A program made the position numbers and the translations under genes. Shown piece by piece: positions 59,909 to 64,000 of a DNA stretch of 64,000 bases. Under the pieces are notes generated by a model that had not been told where the DNA came from, searched no databases, and saw only the letters and a program-made list of their open reading frames with translations. This DNA comes from Rhodothermales bacterium (GTDB taxonomy: Bacteria; Bacteroidota; Rhodothermia; Rhodothermales; VXPQ01). The number at the start of each line of letters is the position of its first letter. The first letter of the stretch is position 1. Where the stretch lies: positions 1,358,529 to 1,422,528 of the forward strand of contig OX638293.1 in NCBI GenBank assembly GCA_951812335.1, in the 5' to 3' direction.

Positions 59909-61951
59909 TTATTCAGGAAAAAGCGTGGTGACATATCGTACCGGTTGCTCTCTTTCCTCTTGCAGCATGTCTGCACGCAAGAAAGCGAACACGGGCGCAC
60001 CCTTCGAAACGAGATATCTTCCAAAAGGGCGGTTCACAGAAAATCGGCGGGTCCGATAGCGGAGGGCGCCCCGCGCGGATGTGGAAATCCATGCTTCCCA
60101 CCGGGCTGGTGAAGGCGGTTCCCTGTCGGATAGCGACGTGCCATACTGTAACGTGGTTACATGACCGGATCCGGGAATGAGAATCGGTGCGTATCGGGTT
60201 GCAGCGGCATTTTCCGTTTTCTCGACATATAAATCGCCCGCAGACCATACCGGGAAATAATATCGATGCGGCTGTGCGTCTTCCCAGCGCCATCTTTCCT
60301 GATTCATTCCGAATTTCTCGGCGAGATGCGTCACTGTCCGCTCCATGATCCGGCGTTCAATGTCATGCTCTCTTGGACCGGATCGCCCGGAAGCAGTGCT
60401 ATCCGGCCATACGGCCGGCCACATGCCCGTACTGTCGAAATACAGGCTGGCCCATGTATCCATGATCGTCGCAGGGATGCTGGCCTTATCGAACGTGTAT
60501 TCCCAATTTCGCAGGTAGGTCAGTGCGTTTGCGACAAGCGCAGGGTGTTTATCTGCTCCGTCAGGCGAGATTGTATCGATTAGTCGAGGCGTTATGTTTG
60601 CCGCCCATGTGCTCTGGAGATCTCGTATCCCTGCCGGGTTTTCCATGGAGCCCGGTTCGCTCGTTGCACGTTCCGCAAGGCGTTTTGCCGCCATGGCGGA
60701 CCATGGGTTATTGCTTGTGGCCGTTACTCCGGCATGCCCGCTAACGAACAAGGGGGTTCCTGTTATGTACACCGAGTCGTTTCCGGATACGACCAGTCCA
60801 TCGCCGTCCTGTAGTACAAACGGCGCATCCGAACCGGACAATAACCCGAACCAGGCTGCAGCGTCGCTTACGGATTCCCAGCCCGGCCACTTTAGAAACG
60901 GCACGGTTTTCGCCGGATCCCGGGTTTCGTGCATATCCCGGGGGAAATCCGCTGCCGAAAGCAGGGAATCCGGCGCAAGAGAAAAGGCGCCCTGGTCTCG
61001 TCGGAAGCGCATAACCACTTCCTGGCCTTCGGCGATCGTCCATTTCTCATATTCGAAGGTTGGAGCCGGGTCATCATCTGTGGCGGGATGCAAGGATACA
61101 GTGCTTGCAGGCAATACCGCCCATGATCGAGTGCTTGTATGACCGGCGGGCATGAACGGTGTGCCGATCCATGTAGCCCCCATAGCGGTTTCTTCCGGAT
61201 ACGTCATCGTTACTTCCTGAAAGAGGGGCAATGCAGATGCTCCGTACACATGCCGCTGGGCCAGATGCGTTCCAAGGCTATCGGTTATCGCCCAGGCCAT
61301 GCTGCGGTCGAATCCGTGCAGGTGCAGCCACTCCTTCAGCAGACGATTTTCTTCGTGAAGCGCACGTAGCGTCGTCGGAGCATTCCGCAGCGAGTCGGGA
61401 TGCGGCAACTCTGCGGCAAGCCATGCGAAGAGACGTTCGATCGCAAGCGGAAACCAGGGTTCCCACAGATCCGGTACGCTGCGAAGCAGGAGAAATTCGT
61501 GCAATTGCGCCGGGCGACGCTGGCCGAGTGCTGCATTAACCCCGTGTACATAGGCATCGAGAATGTCCCGGTCTTCGGGGGATAGCGCTGCGTATGCCGC
61601 TTTGCTCATCGAATCGAACCGGAGGCGTTTAGTCAATCTGTCGAGTACGAGCAGTTCTTCGCCAAGCCATGCCGACAGGTTACCCCGGGCGGTTCGCTGC
61701 CGCAGGTTCATGGTCCATGCGTGTTCCTGCGCATGTAGATACCCAAGCCCTGCGTACGCGTCGCGGGCCGACTGCGCATGTACGGCCGCCGATCCGTTTT
61801 CGTAGACGACGACCTGGGTTGTTTCTCCTAATCCCGGTACATATGCTTGCGCCGGAGGGGCAGGCGCCCTGTACGACAAATAAAGTACGATACCACCGCC
61901 GATTACGAGGCAGAAGGCAACTGTCGCCGAGATGGCGATCGATTTTCTCAT
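59909..61951 (-). CDS. Divergent penicillin acylase (Ntn hydrolase) family protein
   Basis: N-terminal TM; GLGYLHAQEH..MNLRQRTARGNLS; AYVHGVN; LRNW; WRWEDA. Confidence 0.65.
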   Translation of the reverse strand: MRKSIAISATVAFCLVIGGGIVLYLSYRAPAPPAQAYVPGLGETTQVVVYENGSAAVHAQSARDAYAGLGYLHAQEHAWTMNLRQRTARGNLSAWLGEELLVLDRLTKRLRFDSMSKAAYAALSPEDRDILDAYVHGVNAALGQRRPAQLHEFLLLRSVPDLWEPWFPLAIERLFAWLAAELPHPDSLRNAPTTLRALHEENRLLKEWLHLHGFDRSMAWAITDSLGTHLAQRHVYGASALPLFQEVTMTYPEETAMGATWIGTPFMPAGHTSTRSWAVLPASTVSLHPATDDDPAPTFEYEKWTIAEGQEVVMRFRRDQGAFSLAPDSLLSAADFPRDMHETRDPAKTVPFLKWPGWESVSDAAAWFGLLSGSDAPFVLQDGDGLVVSGNDSVYITGTPLFVSGHAGVTATSNNPWSAMAAKRLAERATSEPGSMENPAGIRDLQSTWAANITPRLIDTISPDGADKHPALVANALTYLRNWEYTFDKASIPATIMDTWASLYFDSTGMWPAVWPDSTASGRSGPREHDIERRIMERTVTHLAEKFGMNQERWRWEDAQPHRYYFPVWSAGDLYVEKTENAAATRYAPILIPGSGHVTTLQYGTSLSDREPPSPARWEAWISTSARGALRYRTRRFSVNRPFGRYLVSKGAPVFAFLRADMLQEEREQPVRYVTTLFPE

Positions 61952-61952
61952 G

Positions 61953-63653
61953 TCAAATGGTTTCGTAGCTGTGCCGGGATCGTTTCCTGTCGAGCCAGGA
62001 TGAAAATTCGTCCAGGCTTTTCGCATTGAGGCACTGTTCGGGGGTAAGCCATCCCTTGCGAGCGATTGAGACGCCCGGTTTCATGTAATCCAGCTGGTCA
62101 ATAGCATGCGCATCGGGGTTGATGGAGATAGGAACGCCGCGATCCGTTGCATGCCGTATCCAACGCCAGTCGAGATCGAGCCGGAACGGATTGGCGTTCA
62201 GTTCGAGAGCTACCCCGTTCGCTGCACAAGCGTCGATGATTTTTTCGTGATGGATGGGATATCCTTTTCGCCTCAGCAACAAACGGCCGGTCGGATGTGC
62301 AAGGATCATAGTGTACGGGTTTTCGATCGCCCGGATCAGTCGTTCGGTTGCTTCCTTTTCGGACATTTCGAAGCGGGTATGGATAGCCGCTACGATCAGA
62401 TCGAACGTGGCCAGCACGTCATTGGGATAATCGAGCGATCCGTCCGCGAGTATGTCGCATTCGGTACCGCTGAATACCCGAAGGTCATTTCCGTATACCT
62501 TATTCAGTTCGCGAATTTCTTTCTGTTGTTCGTACACCCGCTCGATGCCTAGCCCGTTTGCAATGACCAGAGATCGGCTGTGATCGCATACGCCGTAGTA
62601 CGCATATCCTCTCGCGTATGCTGCGTCGGTCATCTGGCGCAGGGTGTGCATCCCGTCGCTCCAGGTAGAGTGGTTGTGCAGCGTGCCGCGAATGTCTTCG
62701 TACTTGATCAGGTCCGGCAGTTCGTTCTTTGCAGCAGCCTCAATCTCTCCCATATTTTCCCGAATAGCCGGATCTATGAACGGCATACCGGCGGCTTCGA
62801 ACAATGCATGTTCGGAGGGCGCACCGCCGGGAAGGTCACATCGGGTCCGGACAGCGGCTACGTGCGCCGGCGATCCGGTTGCTTTCCATAATGTCGCTCC
62901 GTATTGCGCTGGAGTCGTTACATGAATACGCAGAGGGAGCCCATCGGGAAGTGTGGCGAGGAGAATACGTTCTTCGCCTGCATCCTCCTTTAGGGTTTTC
63001 CACCAACCGGCCAGTGCGCGGCAAGCTTGTTCGGGGACGGCAGCCACTGCTACAATGACTATATCTTCCACGGTGTCGAGACTTCGCCGGAGCCCTCCCG
63101 CCAGATGGGCTTCGAGGACCTCGTCTATTCCCTGGATCGCTTCGAGGCAATGCAGGGCTTCCGCCATCGCCTGATCGTATCGCCGCCGCCCCTCATATTG
63201 TTTAAGGAGGCGAATATTTTCGAGAATGGCTTCCTGCATTTTCGACCCGAAACCGCTCAGGTCGGCGAGGCGCCCGCTGGCGGCGACTTCTTCCAGTTCT
63301 TCTACGGAGGTAACTTCCAGTTCCTGCCAGAGCCGCCTTACCTTTTTGGCCCCAAGTCCCTTGATACGCAAGATGCCGGGAAGCCCGGGCGGGATGGCGC
63401 CGAGCAGATCCTCATACAGATCGAAGGAGCCGCGTTCGAGAATTTCTCCTATTTGCGCGGCCAGGCCAGGGCCGATGCCAGGCAATTCCTCAAGAGAGTC
63501 ATTGGCGGTGAGCGTTGCCGCCTCTTTTTCCAGGCGTCCGATCGCCCGGCTCGCGCTTGCAAAAGCACGGGCCCGGAATACGTTGCCGCCGGTAATTTCG
63601 ATGAGTGCGGCGGTTTCTTTCAGAAGGCGGGCAATCTCTTTGTTGGCGGTCAT
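61953..63653 (-). CDS. polX: DNA polymerase X / PHP exonuclease
   Basis: ANKEIA..NVFRARAF, HhH motifs, LRR, TGS, PHP motifs HNHSTWSDG, DHS, AHPTGR, NPDAH. Confidence 0.92.
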   Translation of the reverse strand: MTANKEIARLLKETAALIEITGGNVFRARAFASASRAIGRLEKEAATLTANDSLEELPGIGPGLAAQIGEILERGSFDLYEDLLGAIPPGLPGILRIKGLGAKKVRRLWQELEVTSVEELEEVAASGRLADLSGFGSKMQEAILENIRLLKQYEGRRRYDQAMAEALHCLEAIQGIDEVLEAHLAGGLRRSLDTVEDIVIVAVAAVPEQACRALAGWWKTLKEDAGEERILLATLPDGLPLRIHVTTPAQYGATLWKATGSPAHVAAVRTRCDLPGGAPSEHALFEAAGMPFIDPAIRENMGEIEAAAKNELPDLIKYEDIRGTLHNHSTWSDGMHTLRQMTDAAYARGYAYYGVCDHSRSLVIANGLGIERVYEQQKEIRELNKVYGNDLRVFSGTECDILADGSLDYPNDVLATFDLIVAAIHTRFEMSEKEATERLIRAIENPYTMILAHPTGRLLLRRKGYPIHHEKIIDACAANGVALELNANPFRLDLDWRWIRHATDRGVPISINPDAHAIDQLDYMKPGVSIARKGWLTPEQCLNAKSLDEFSSWLDRKRSRHSYETI

Positions 63654-63862
63654 AAAACATTCACGAACGAACTGTGCACGGGATCCTGTGTAACCGCTTC
63701 CTGTACCACAATTGCTGTCTTTTTTAGTGTATTATGCAGTTGGCGGCAAGCGGTGCGCTGGCGTTCCTGCTTTTATGCAGGAGTGTCCCGCGCAGGTTAA
63801 AAAAAACCTGTTCGCGCTTTTCCGTATCGGAGGTTTTCTCCGCCTGAACGAAGGGATCGATA

Positions 63863-64000
63863 ATGAAGAAGTATCGGAAGGTGTTTACCTTCGGCTCAGT
63901 CGTTCTGGCCGTGGGTATAGTGCTTGGTTTCGAGCTGGGTTCCAGTATCTCCTGGGATAATACGGCCGAGTCGCTCAGAAAACTCGAGAACGCGTACCTC
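63863..64000 (+). CDS. 5' end of an exported protein, possibly S41 carboxy-terminal protease
   Basis: MKKYRKVFTFGSVVLAVGIVLG...LRKLENAYL runs off the window; only 46 codons visible. Confidence 0.45.
   Translation, partial: MKKYRKVFTFGSVVLAVGIVLGFELGSSISWDNTAESLRKLENAYL

Overview
GC-rich bacterial chromosome segment. Gene content (T9SS C-terminal domains, PorV, HiPIP, many Tat substrates) points to the FCB group, probably Rhodothermota; the giant PKD/LRR/cadherin protein suggests a host-associated (e.g. sponge) lifestyle. Both assignments are inference. Left to right: (1) a 17-kb outer-membrane cluster: TonB receptor + lipoprotein, TonB receptor + T9SS cargo + PorV, ASPIC/UnbV, two TPR lipoproteins, and a second paralogous receptor + lipoprotein pair; (2) a Tat-rich sugar/glycoside redox region (GMC dehydrogenase + small subunit, TIM-barrel isomerase, three Gfo/Idh/MocA, signal-less ApbE); (3) an assimilatory sulfite/APS reduction-siroheme operon preceded by a Met/Cys-rich leader ORF and an intrinsic terminator (candidate attenuator); (4) a 2020-aa T9SS adhesin next to an IS1595 relic; (5) mostly metabolic genes (FNR, DASS, DAACS, pckA, xylB, HiPIP, PPTase, pabB-pabC fusion, acs, actP, sugar kinase, acylase-like, PolX). 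A 254-bp MITE-like repeat occurs as about 11 full, deleted or fragmentary pieces, including one nested self-insertion, and several genes survive only as internally deleted remnants.
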